This document shows, in pieces, positions 11,894-23,864 of a stretch of 64,000 bases of DNA. The position numbers were made by a program, and so were the translations under genes. Each line of letters starts with the position of its first letter. Position 1 is the stretch's first letter. Origin of the DNA: Takakia lepidozioides (taxonomy: Eukaryota; Plantae; Bryophyta). Location: assembly GCA_030704615.1 (NCBI GenBank), contig CM060734.1, forward strand, positions 10,974,001 to 11,038,000. Reading direction: 5' to 3'. The notes under the pieces were generated by a model, which was not told where the DNA came from, searched no databases, and worked only from the letters and a program-made list of their open reading frames with translations.

Positions 11894-14236
11894 TGCTATA
11901 TGGCTACGCAAGAGAAATAGTGAGGTCAAGTTGTCAGTGAAAATGTAGTACGGTGGGGGAAACATGGCGAGTTGGGAGAGGGCTTCGTAGATGGCCATAA
12001 GTTCGGCACGTAATATGGTGGCAGGTCCTAGGAGTCGGTGGGCGGTCCCCTTGTTGGTGGCTGCATGATAGACTCCATACCCGGCACAAGAGCCGGAGTG
12101 TGAGCCATCGGTGTAGTGTGCATGTAGTGGGGGATATTTGGGAGAGGTTGGGCCTAGGTGTACCGGGGGTGCCCACACGTGTTGTATTGTACGAGGAGGA
12201 GGGGGGGCGGGGAGATGCCTGAGCCCATGTTTTGTTTGGTCTAGGTCTATAGGATAGGGCTGAGGGGTTGTGTATGGGTGGGGGTCGGAGGGTGGTGATA
12301 GACATACCATGGGTGTTGGATAATAAGTGATTAAGGCGGGGGAGGAGTCTGGGGGTATATGGGTATGATGGGTATTATGGACCATTAAGATCGAGGTAAC
12401 AGTAGGTTCTTTGTGGCGTAGGTATGTCGGGAAGGGTGGGTTGTGTATGTATCTAAGTTGCTTGGGTTCAATGACCGCTAGCGGAGTTACGTCAGGGGGG
12501 AGTTGAAGAAGAGGGTGTTGGTGATCAGGCGATCTCTGTTGTGTGGGAATCAGGATGGTGGTGGTGGAGGGGGAGGCGTGTGCAGCGCGGCAAGCCCATT
12601 GAAGGGCTTCATGTGCGAGGGGCCCCGGGGGCGGGTGAGCGAGGCCCCCGCCAATCCAGGTATGCTGAGTAGCGGAGCCTAAGGCCCCAAATACACAATC
12701 TCGGGGGTGCAGGCTGTCATAGGAAGAAAGTTCAAGGGGGCAAATGAGCGGGCTGGAGTAATATGAGTGGGTAAGCTGAAAGGAGGTGATGAGGAGGTTG
12801 AGGATGTCAGGAGGGACATAGTTGTGTGTGTAGGCTACCGCTAGTTTGTTAAGGGTGCAGGGTTTTTTAGTGGGGGTGTCGCATAGATATTGATCAATAA
12901 GCCAACTAACCTCAGTGGCAAAATCTTGTTTTGGAGGTTGCAGGTGGCGATTATGTGTGGTGGAAGTTGAGTATTTGTACCATAGCCAGGCAAGCCGTAC
13001 ATTGGAAATGGTCCCAGCGAATCTCCCGTTAGTTGTGTAGATGTTGGATATTGTTTGGCTAGGGCATATGATGGGTGAGACATGCTCAATGTCTTTGTCG
13101 AGGTTGCATTCTGTAATGTGTATTTGGATATTAGGGGCGGATAGGGGGGTGCGGATGAAGCGGGCATCAATGGGCTGGGTCTGGGAGGCATGGTGCTGAT
13201 GGATGTGTGCTAGATAGTTGGTGTTAGTTGTTTTGTGGAATTGTATGAGAAGAGTACGGTTATGCGATGGGTCGCGGTCATCATGTGTCCCGAAAAGGTC
13301 GTCTTCAATTTGCCAGGTGTTATCTTCGGCCGGGAAACCGGCCCACTTGCATAAGTAGTATGTGTCAACACAAATTGCACCAAATGAGTCAAGTGATGTT
13401 TGGGTTCTGATGCCGAGGAATATAGCCTCAATGACGAAGGCCTTAGGGTGGTCTGGGTTGGTTTGGTGGGGATGGGATTGCGAGGTAGTCAGTAATGGGG
13501 AGCTAGGGGGCGGCTGTTGGTGTAGGTTAGGTGAGGTAGGTGGGGCCCGAATAGGATGAATGGTGGGGTGGGAGATGGGAGGGGGGTCTGATGGGGTATA
13601 TATTGGAGAGTTTTGGGAGGCTTTGAGTTGCTGTAATATTGAGGGGGTAGGGGCTATTCTGAATTCAGGAAGGAGGTCTTGTTTATTGTGCGGGTAGAGT
13701 GTACATGGGAGATCGCAATCCACGATACAGGAGGCAAATGGGTGGCAGAAGAGGGAGAGGAGGTATAGTAGATATCTGCGTGTTTTGATTGTGGCTCGGG
13801 AGTGTTTTAAGGTGAATTGGCATGCGGTCAATAGCCGGTACCCATTAGCGGCAGTGAGTTGGGCGAGATTGGTGATATGGCAAGCTTTGAAGTAGGCTAG
13901 GATATGTTTCTTCTGGCGGGGGTGTGAGATTTCAACTTGTGAGAAAAAAGGGTTGTGGTGCCATGCACGTTCAAGCGGTGATATAGTACTTGGGTAACCT
14001 GGGAGATCAGTTTGAATGCTTATTTTCATTTGGCGCAGGATGAATAGAGTGCGGGTGGGGGAGTGGAGGCAGGATTGGGGATGGAGAGAGGGGAGGGAGT
14101 ATAGTCCATTATATTTGGAGGCGAGGTGCTTGAGTAGCCCTCTGAAAATGAGCCCTAGACGGCCCGGGTCGTTGAGGGCTTTTTGGAGTTGTGTGCCAAG
14201 GGTACGGGCATATGAGATAATAAGGGGGGTGGATCC
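11894..14236 (-). mobile_element. Non-LTR retrotransposon (LINE) fragment, ORF2 C-terminal part: chromodomain, PCIF1-like MTase fold, RNase H
   Basis: The ORF start (ISIQTDLPGYPSTISPLE) matches the end of the RT ORF at 21975-23249. Chromodomain-like FVIEAI..YYLCKWAGFPAEDNTWQ; RNase H YTDGS..RAELMAI..IFTDN. Confidence 0.85.
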
Positions 14237-15079
14237 TATACCGTAGTTATCTTGTGGGAGCTGAGTGAGAACATTCGGCGTGCTGGTAGGCAGGCCGCAA
14301 ATACGTTTACACTAGAAGCATTCGTGTCTTTTCCGAATCGACTGCATGTCCGCCACCACTCCGGGAACCATTTGGTAGTAAACGGGACTACTGGAGAGTC
14401 GAAACAGACAATGTGGGCCCACGGGGACATTTCGGACGGCGGACGGAAGTGGGGTCAACGACTCCGGAGTCGTAGCAGAATTCCGGGCTATTTAACGAAT
14501 TGCGTAAATATATAAAATTTGAAAAAACCGAAATTACAAGTGATTGTAATTACTGCACATGCGACTACAAATTTTCATTCCTCATTCGATTAATGGAATA
14601 AAGATATTTATTCATTAAAGTGAATATGTAGTCGACTCAACGACTCCATGAACCACTGCACATTCATTGCACCCGTGATTCGGCAGCACATTTGTTGACG
14701 TGGCTTTCACAAAAAGAGGTAAACAAAATGTCGCCTTGGGGGAATAGATATTTTAATACGTGCTGCCTCCACCTGGCGGAGACAGGGATGCAAGTGCTGC
14801 GTTGGACATGGCGGGACGTGGGAATGCGAATCCTGACACGGCAAGGCCTTCGTATACTGTGAGCATGCGTAGTGGCTTCTCAGAAGGGTGTGACATCGGG
14901 GTCTTGGTCATTCAACATTTACAGAATGTGCTGGATGGAGGCACGATGGAGCGCGCATACGGGCATGCCCTTCTGGCATCAATTCCCAAGTATCCACGTA
15001 AGGTGAGGCTGCTGAATTGGGTTTTTGTCCGTCTAGTTTTCTAACAGCATGCTCAAAACGTTCATTGTGCCATTGAGTG

Positions 15080-16350
15080 GCCTTGCAATAATTTGATGTG
15101 TAGCTACTTTTCCATTTCACAAGTTATGAAGAAGGCGTCACAGAAGAAGATCGCAAAGACGTCAAGGCTGAAGGATATGCCCTTTGGTTGTGAACTACAA
15201 TCATATCATGCCAAACCCCATTTTCCCCATGCAGATGAGGGAGACATTCTGCATTTGCGAGTAGTGGGACTTAATTCCGATGTTGACTTGAAGGCAGTTG
15301 TGACACCAGAGAAACTGGAAACTACCTCCAAGAAAGTTGAAACTCGTAAGATAGTCATGTATTCGTTTCATTATCTCCAAACTGGGATTCTGAGTTATCA
15401 TCCGACCCTTTACATGTGCGCTGGATGGAGTATAATTTTGGTTTAGGCATTTCCTGCCACCAGACGTTCGCTTCTCCAATTTTTACATTTAAGGATATGT
15501 CTGTGTTTATGGCACTCTTTTCCCCAAGGAGGCCTGAGTACCCCCCTGTACTTGCAAGAATTTGATGTGTAGCTGCTTTTCCCTTTCATAAGTTATGAAG
15601 AAGCAGTGACAGAAGAAGATCGCAAAGAGATCAAGGCTGAAGGCATTCATTAAGGTCTTGAACTACAATCATATCATGCCAAACCAGCTTTTTCTGACGC
15701 AGATGGTGTCATGAGACATTCTGCGATTTGCGCGTAGGTGGACTTAATTTTGATGTTGACTTGAAGGCAATTGTGACATCAGGGAAACTGGAAACTACCT
15801 CCAACAAAGTTGAAACTCGCAAGGTAGTCGTGTATCAATCTCGTCATCTCCAGCAATTCCGAGTTATCATCCGACCCTTTGGATTCGGACTGGATGGAGT
15901 ATAATTCTGGGTTGGCATTTCTTGCCACCACACGTTGGCTTCTCAAATTTTTGCATTTAAGGAGGTGTCTGTGTTTATGGCACTCTTTCTCCCAAGGAGG
16001 CCTGAGTACCCCTTTTACTTTCCCGCAATTTGATGTGTAGCTGCTTTTCCATTTCACAGGTTATGGAGAAGGCGTCACAGAAAAAGATCGCAAAGAGGTC
16101 AAGGCTGAAGGCGTTCATTAAGGTTGTGAACTACAACCATGTCGTGCCAAACCAGCTTTTCCCGTCGCTGATGGTCTCATGAGACATTCTGCATTTGGGA
16201 GTAGGTGGACTTAATTTGGATGTTGACTTGAAGGCAGTTGTGACACCAGAGAAACTGGAACCTACCGCCAAAAAAGTTGAAACTTGCCAGATAGTCATGT
16301 ATTCGTCTCGTTTTCTCCAAACTGTGATTTTGAGTTATCATCCAACCCTG
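15080..16350. repeat. Tandem repeat, ~469-bp unit, about 2.7 copies
   Basis: GATCGCAAAGA at 15149, 15618 and 16086; the units align by eye. Confidence 0.85.
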
Positions 16351-17570
16351 TATGCATGATTTGTGCAGAGGCATGCCTAGCTGAAGGAGTAACGAGTGTG
16401 GGTCTAGATTCTTCCAACAGAGCCGGCCTTCAAGCTCCAGATTACCTTTGATTCTTTGTTGGTTTTAGCTACAAGAAACCTGCATGGGTACATGCTCAAC
16501 TGGAATTTGCAGCAGCTGCGGCACAATTGGCAAAATCAGGCGCTGCTAATGAAGGCACCTCCTTCGAGACCCAATTCACCATGTTTTTCCCTCTTGTCAG
16601 ATCCGGCCCTAAATTTTCTGGTTCAATTCTGCAGGTTAGCTAGTTGAGTGAACCTTTGATGGTTTGGAGTGACTTTGACATGATGCTTCCAATGAGTCAA
16701 CAGGAAAGTATCCAGAAACAGGTGACACATACGAGGCAAAGCGGTGGAATGAACACTTTTGTGACCCTGGAAGTCAATAGTGGGACAATCGAGGCAAATG
16801 GTGTATGCCTGTTGGATTGCAGAGAGTACCAGATGCAAGACAACATAGGAACTAGTGTGATAAGTTGCGTTCGGTGTTTCCTAGAACAAATCTAGGCTAC
16901 CATTATCAGCTGCAAGGCAAGGATGTACGCATCCTTTCTGCAGAGGCAGTGATACGTGAAGAAGCAGGGATGGAGTGTGGGTCCACATTCATCCAAGAGG
17001 GCCAGATTTCAAGCACAAGATTACTTATGATTCCCTGTGGATCAATAGCGGCAACAAACCTGCATGGGTAGATGGTCAAGTGGAAGCGCAACAGCAGCCG
17101 GCTCATATCTGGGAATCAGGTCCGTGTTCAACACATTTCAGGCGTTTTTCCCCTCTTATCAAAATTGGCCCTAAAATTTCATGTTCAATTCTGCAAGTTT
17201 GCTACTTCAGTTAATCTTTGATAGTTTGGAGTGACTTTGAAGTGATGATGCCAATGTGACAACAGGAAAGTGAGGGGAAACCGGTAACACAGACGTCGTC
17301 GAAGCTGTGGAGACTGCTTTTCTGACCCTGGTAGGCAACGGTGGGTCAACCGAGGCAAAAGGGTAAATGCACGTTGAAATACAGAGAGTAGCAGATGCAA
17401 TTGAGCATAGGAACTAGTGTGATGAGTCTGAATTGGGTTTTTCCTAGAACAAATGAAGGCAATCATTGTCAGCTGCTAGCACCAAGGCAAGCATGTATGC
17501 ATGATTTCTGCAGAGCATGGATAGCTGAAGGTGCAGAGATAGAGTTTGGATCCAGATTCATCCAAGAAAT
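16350..17570. repeat. Tandem repeat, ~575-bp unit, about 2 copies
   Basis: AAACCTGCATGGGTA at ~16476 and ~17056; GTATGCATGATTT at ~16350 and ~17496. Confidence 0.75.
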
Positions 17571-18661
17571 GTACTGGGAATGCAGATTTGAATATGATGG
17601 CGTGCTGCATCGCGACATAAACCTGCATTTGACATTCAGGCTTAGGATTCATGCAATTTGGTGCTGGTCAGGCTTGCACAGTTCCTCCGCAGAAGTGGGA
17701 GCTCATCCGAGGGATGGGGACCTTGTAAGTGCTTCTTCATTTTGTACTCACCTTGTTTTTGCATCGCACTTGTGCTGCAAGGGGCAGAGCCATTCATTTG
17801 GCTCGAGGTTCAATTCCTCTGCAAGTGAGCTATACCCGTGTCACTACAAATCAGTTAGATGTATTTGTGGTGGTTGTTGGATTTGCGGCTCTGGGGGGTC
17901 TTGCCAAGTGCTTGCAGGGATCAATGTTAATGTGGACGTGGCAGTACATGCAGCAAAAAAGCTCCTTCACTGGTGAAGAAGACCATGCTGCAACATATGT
18001 CATGCTATTGCTTTGAGAATGCTGCCGCAGGTGGGAGAATGCAGCAATGGTGAGAAGGAAAGCAAAGGAAGCACGAAAAGGTGTCGTCCGGTCCTGCTCC
18101 TTTGGAGACACCCCCCATTCCATTGGTCTTTGTTCTTGGAAAGCATGCATATGGGCCAGAAAAGGCATGCACATATTCACGTCTACTTCCCGTACATGAA
18201 AACGATCCTCTCCTCACATGTCAGAAACGGTATTGGCAAGTAAATATAGGTTTGTTCACAAGACAATACTAAGTTCTTCGGCTTGGACGGGGCATCCAGT
18301 TCATGTGGCTATTCCTGAATCGAGGGGTGACCACATTCCAGGACATTATCGATATGGTTAACTGTCTCGCCCTTCGCACTTGCAGGACTGTACAAAATGG
18401 GTTCTAAGGACAGTAAGAGTCCTTAGCACAGCTCTCGTCTATGAGCTGCCAGCTTAATGGACACTAAGATTTAGCTGGGCTCACTATCCATATCCGAAGA
18501 ATCTTTCCCTTCACAGCCCACATCTGCAATTTGCCTTGCGCTAATTACCAACCCTGGAATGTCTTCCTCATTAAAGGCAACTGCTCCTTCCAAAGAGACT
18601 GGTTCGGCTGTATCTGGTAGATTTTGTGGTTCCCTCAAACCCTCGTGGTCGGCATTCTCCC

Positions 18662-21115
18662 CTAGGTCCAGATCATGGACGTTGGCCACGACTCGTTTGG
18701 CCCAGGGGTGTGAAAACCCGCCTTCCATCCCGGCGCATGGGTGTCATCTGAAAAGAAAACTTGCTCAACTTGCGATGGGAAGATGAATTGCTCTTCATCT
18801 GGTGGTAGCATTTTTCTGAAATCAGCAAGGAGGAACCCGTACTCATCCCATTTTATGGTGGCATTCTCTCCCACCGTGTTGGCTTTTACCCAAGAACAAC
18901 GGAGTAGAATTGGCTTCACAAGACCATAGTCTAGTTTAAGGATCTCTTTGATGACTCCTACATATTGCACAGGGCATGAAATTGGATTCCGATCTCGTGC
19001 ACAACTCCTACTCTTTTGTTCAAAAAATGATGCCACTCCACTGTCATAAGTCACAAGGAGGCTGGTGTTGGCATCGTCCACTCTATAATGATTGCCATAT
19101 GCTTTCATTGAGCGGTACGAAGTGGCAATCAGCCCCGGGGGGAATGACAGACTCACCATGCCCTGATCTGGGTCCTTGTTCTCTGATGCGTACACTGCAA
19201 CTGCAGATCTGACCCACACTGCAAAGGGCTGCAACTCCTCTTTTGTTGTGGGGTACTCCACCCAGGATCTGCGCCTACGACCCCCTCCGCCATGCTTTTG
19301 CAAATGCACTCCGTTCCGTTTTCAGGCGGACCTTCTCCGCTCCGTACTTTCTTGCCCTGCGCCATACTCCCCTCTGGCCGTCCCATGTTGCATACATACC
19401 CCTTCAGATCCTTCATGTACCTCTCCATGGGGTACATCCAACGGCTGGATACGGGCCCACACACATGCAGCTCCTCTACAAGATGCACTAGCAAGTGCGT
19501 CATGACGTCAAAGAATGATGGAGGGAATTCTTTCTCCAACAAACAAAGGGTCATAGCCACATCCTCACGCAACGATGTAATGTCCCTCAGATCCCACACC
19601 TTCGCACAAATCTTCCTAAACACTCGACTTACACGCATTATGGCCATTCGAGGACCCGGCGCCATCGTACCTCGGATGCACACTGGCAAAATCTGATGCA
19701 TCATCACGTGTAGATCATGTGACTTCATCCCCGACCATTTCTTGTTCATGGCGTGCTTTTGGAAAGCACCCGAGAATCCGGTTGGCACTTTGATGGCTCC
19801 CAATGTCTTCAAAAAGTGCTCTTGCTCTGATTTGGTCAGGACGTATGATGCTGCTGGCATGAGCACTTTGCGAGGTCTATTTGGATCAGGCCTTAGCCAC
19901 AGATGTGACCGTATCCCTTCAATCTCCATGTCGTTTCGTACGTTTATCGTATCCTTCTCCCCAAAGATCGTCTTCAGAATGTTCTCACATAAGTTCTTCT
20001 CACAATGCATGGGGTCCAGGAGGTACCGCTGCAAGAGGTCCTGAAATGCCAGATGTCCTCCCATGAGACCAAGTTCCATGGGCAAAAATAGTAGAATATG
20101 TGGCAGAAGTTGTCCATGTTACTACGTTCTGCTTTCAACAACTGCACGATCCTCTCCACAGTGAGGTGTATAACTTCAACATCTACTGCATAGTAGTTAC
20201 ACTGACTTAGGAGTTGGTGGAAGGACTCCTGACAATAAAGGTAATTCCAGGAAGCACAATGTGAAAGAAAGTGAGTGAATGGGGGGGGAATTCATGCACC
20301 TTCCAGTATGGCAAATCCCAAAGGATTGTCCGGCGCTTCACCCCGTGCTCCATGGCTGGATCCGCACTACTTCCTTCTCTCCCTCCAATCTCCATGAACG
20401 CCTCTTTCTCCTTTGCAAATTGCAAGGTCTCCTCCGGTGTCACAGCATTTGGTGCCATTCTCCTTTCAACACATCCATTGAAGTGCCTTCCTGCTCGTCG
20501 ATAGGGGTGGTTTCTTGCAAGGTAACGTCGATGCCCCATGTATACTATCTTCCCCAATGGCTTTGAGTGCCGTGAATCCACATAGGGCCCACAAATGGGG
20601 CTCCCTTTGTAGCCCTTGGTCCTGCAACCCGCAAGAAGGCCATATGCGGGGAAATCGTGGATTGACCACATGAGTATGGCACGGAGGGTGAAACTCCGTT
20701 GCCCTACTGGTTTCAAAATGTCGTAAGCTTCAACTCCATTCCATAGTTCCTGTAGCTCTTCAATCAATGGTTGCAAATACACATCTATGTTTGCATTTGT
20801 CACGGACTCCTTGCCTGGAATCAAGAGAGAAAACATGACAAAGAACTTCTTTGTTGTCAACCATGGTGGCAGGTTGTATGCCACCAACTGCACCGGCCAT
20901 GTGGACCATGTGCAGCTCTTTGATCCGTACGGGTTTACTCCATCCGTAGATACAGCCAATCGCACATTGCGTGGGTCCTCGGCGAAATCGGGCCAAGTTA
21001 CATCTATATGCTTCCATGCAAGGGAATCTGGGACATGCCTTACCAAACCATCGTTTGAGGCATTCCTAGAATGCCAAGTCATGAGCTCACTAATGGTCTT
21101 GCATTTGTAAAGACG
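18662..21115 (-). pseudogene. CACTA transposase (Transposase_21 / DUF4218 / DUF4216-like), with intron at ~20042-20298
   Basis: RNVRLAVSTDGVNP, STWPV..YNLPP, HDFPAY, LDPMHCEKN, MKSHDLH, RWMYPMERYM, YVGVIKEILKLDY..LLRCSWV. Confidence 0.92.
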
Positions 21116-21210
21116 TACATGATATGATTTTGAACACTGCCCTAGTGGACATGTATGCCAATGAAAGCCTGACAACCTTGGAAAAGGGCCCAGAGCTGGT
21201 CCATGGTGAA
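21116..21210 (+). pseudogene. Short PPR-motif fragment at the CACTA/LINE junction
   Basis: ILNTALVDMYA..LEKG..VHG. Confidence 0.5.
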
Positions 21211-21231
21211 AGAAAAGCTAGATGTTTTTGT

Positions 21232-23250
21232 GACACAAGGCCCTCATGCCCCCCCCTGGTGACCCCGCCACCCTTCCCTCTTGGATTGCTGCCCTATCCA
21301 CACTGGGCAGAGAATCCAAAAAAGCAGCCTACATGATCACCAAACAAAAAGCCACGGACAATCACAAAAAAATTGTTGCCTCCTTCAACCAGCTACTGCA
21401 TGACCATCCCAAAAAAGCTCACAAAGCCACCTTCGATCCTGCACTAAACCCACCCATTGACTGCCTCAAACATAGGCTTGGCCACCTATTAACTAAACCT
21501 GATGACATCAAGAACGAGATATGGATCCAAGCTTCAGCCTCCTACATGCCCACTACCACTAACTGCTTACACCCAAACCATCACAACCAAAACTGCATGT
21601 GTAAAGTCAAGCACTACCCGTGGCATGACCTAGACGGATTTACATTAGACCGACGAGGCTCCCCCTTTGATCACATCCAAGACCTCTTTACAATTAACCT
21701 ATATAACTCATGCCTAAAAGCCCTATCAAAAACTAAAGCTCCTGGTCCTGACCTGATCCCGAATGCTATCCTCCAAGCACTTGACCCCCAACTTCACCTC
21801 CTCCTCTTCAAATTCTTTAAACTTTGCTATCAACTACAAAGGATACCACATTCCTAGAAGCATAGCCGTACCATCTTACTATTCAAAAAAGGGGACCCTA
21901 CATACCTTAATAACTACAGACATATAGCCCTCGCAAACACTATCTATAAACTCTTCACTAGCACACTAACTACCATGCTATCTAGTTACGGCAAGCAGCA
22001 CCATATCCTCAACGACCCTCAAGAGGGATTTCGTGCCACTCGCAGTACCACCAGACAAATCCAGTATGTATTATCAGCCCTTGAGGATGCTAAACTTACT
22101 AAACAGGATATCTACCTTCTGTATATTGACTTTAAGAACGCATTCAGCTCCTTAGACCATGCCAGACTACTGGCGATTTTGAATGACCTTGGCTATCCTC
22201 TAGATGCCATCCAACTTATCGGCAATATCTATACTGATAGTGCCACTGAATACTCTGGTTCTTACTACGGCTCTACCCCTCCTATCCCTATTCTACGTGG
22301 CACTATCCAGGGTGATATCCTAAGCCCATACCTCTTCATTATTTTTCTAGAATCACTCTTACGTTGGTTTGCCTGTGGCAACCTAGGATACCGCTACAAA
22401 ACCTCACCCAACGAAATAACAACCGCCGCCTATGCTGACAACTTAGCCATCCTTACTCACAAACCCCAACACCTTAACCGCCAAGTTGACAAACTATCCC
22501 GCTTTAACCAATGGTCCGGCATGGAACTCAGTCTACACAAATGCGCCGTCACAGCAGCCACCCACCACAGCAAATTCACTAGAGCTATGATCGATTCTCA
22601 CTGTAGATTACACATCCATTACCAGAATAGCCCCTTCCCTTTCTTAGGTCCTGACGAACCTTACACATACTTAGGCATCCAGCTCGTTCCCTCACTCAAA
22701 TGGCACGTCCAAAAGGCCGCTACACTTACCAAACTAACTAACAAAAGCCTAGCACTCCTTCAATCTCCTATCCCCATTAGACTTAAATTAGCAATCACCC
22801 AATCGGTGCTCAAACCACAAGTCCAATACGCTTTCCACGCTGCTCCATTCTCCCTCCCTGACATCCGCATGCTTGACAAGCATATTATCCAACTTACCAA
22901 GTGGATTTGTGGACTCCCTACTAGTACCCCGAATGCCCTTACCCAACTTCCCACGGATTGTTATGGTATGAGTTCTAGCCCCCTCATCACCTCTTACGTC
23001 CGCACCCTTGGTACTCAATTACTAGAAGCCCTCAACGACCCTGGGCGGCTAGGGCTCATCTACCGGGGTATCGTCAAACACCTCGCCTCAAAATTCAATG
23101 GTCTCCACTCCCTTCCTATTCTCCACCCACAGTCATGTCGTCACTCCCCAACCGCACGTTCTTTGCTCATCTTGCGGCAAATGCGTATTAGCCTACAAAC
23201 GGACCTGCCAGGTTATCCTAACACGATGTCTCCATTAGAAGCCCCCTAGA
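21232..23250 (+). mobile_element. LINE fragment (RT domain), same family as 11894-14236; one in-frame stop at ~21857
   Basis: KAPGPDLIP, QEGFR, YIDFKNAF, GTIQGDILSP, AYAD(N)L, YTYLGI; 3' part aligns with the reverse complement of 13980-14236. Confidence 0.9.
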
Positions 23251-23356
23251 TCTCAAGCCCTTTCCTCTAACAACCAACATGTAGCCCAGTGGTAAGGGCA
23301 TATACCCTCTTACAAGTGGTTGTGGGTTCCCACCCTGTTGGTTGTTACAGAGGTTA

Positions 23357-23432
23357 GCTATTTCATGAGCATGAGCGGCATGAGCGGCATGAGCGGAGTA
23401 GTAAGACAATCGGTTTTCATGAGCAGAAGTAC
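23357..23432 (+). repeat. Putative terminal inverted repeat of a MULE-like family: GCTATTTCATGAGC(ATGAGCGGC)n
   Basis: Reverse complement matches 63171-63249; similarity stops sharply at the same base in both copies. Confidence 0.7.
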
Positions 23433-23590
23433 AAATTTCGAAAATAAAAAACAATAAAAAACAATAATTTAATGCAATGTGTCAGGAAAAACAAATATAT
23501 TATTCGGCCCCTTGAAGGGAAAATTGTAGTTTTGACAGTTGTGCTCATGATATTTCGTCTTCCGCTCATGCCAATTCCCAGCGACATGTG

Positions 23591-23826
23591 CAAATATGGC
23601 GCCGAATTTCGCGGGTCTCTCTGGCGAAAAATGGTGCCGAATTCTGCGACTATAGGTCCCCTCATGACAGGTAATTCGGCGCCATTTTTCCAGTGCATGT
23701 TCGGACTTAGCCAGTTTTCGGCGCAAAATAGGGAAATTCGGCGCCATTTTTCCAGACACTGTACCAGTGCATGTTGGGACTTAGCCAGTTTTCGGCCCAA
23801 AAAGAGAAATTCGGCGCCATTTTTCC
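23591..23826. repeat. Five quasi-palindromes GAAATTCGGCGCCATTTTTC (variant of the 22-bp palindrome) in both orientations
   Basis: Copies at ~23591, 23626, 23671, 23732 and 23806. Confidence 0.8.
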
Positions 23827-23864
23827 AGACACGGTACCAGTGCATGTTGGGACTTAGCCAGTTT

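Larger units (their letters stand above)
14310..21115 (-). mobile_element. CACTA/En-Spm DNA transposon, 5'-truncated; left boundary tentative
   Basis: CACTAG at 14310 followed by short subterminal motifs; Tnp2-family transposase at 18662-21115. Confidence 0.6.
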
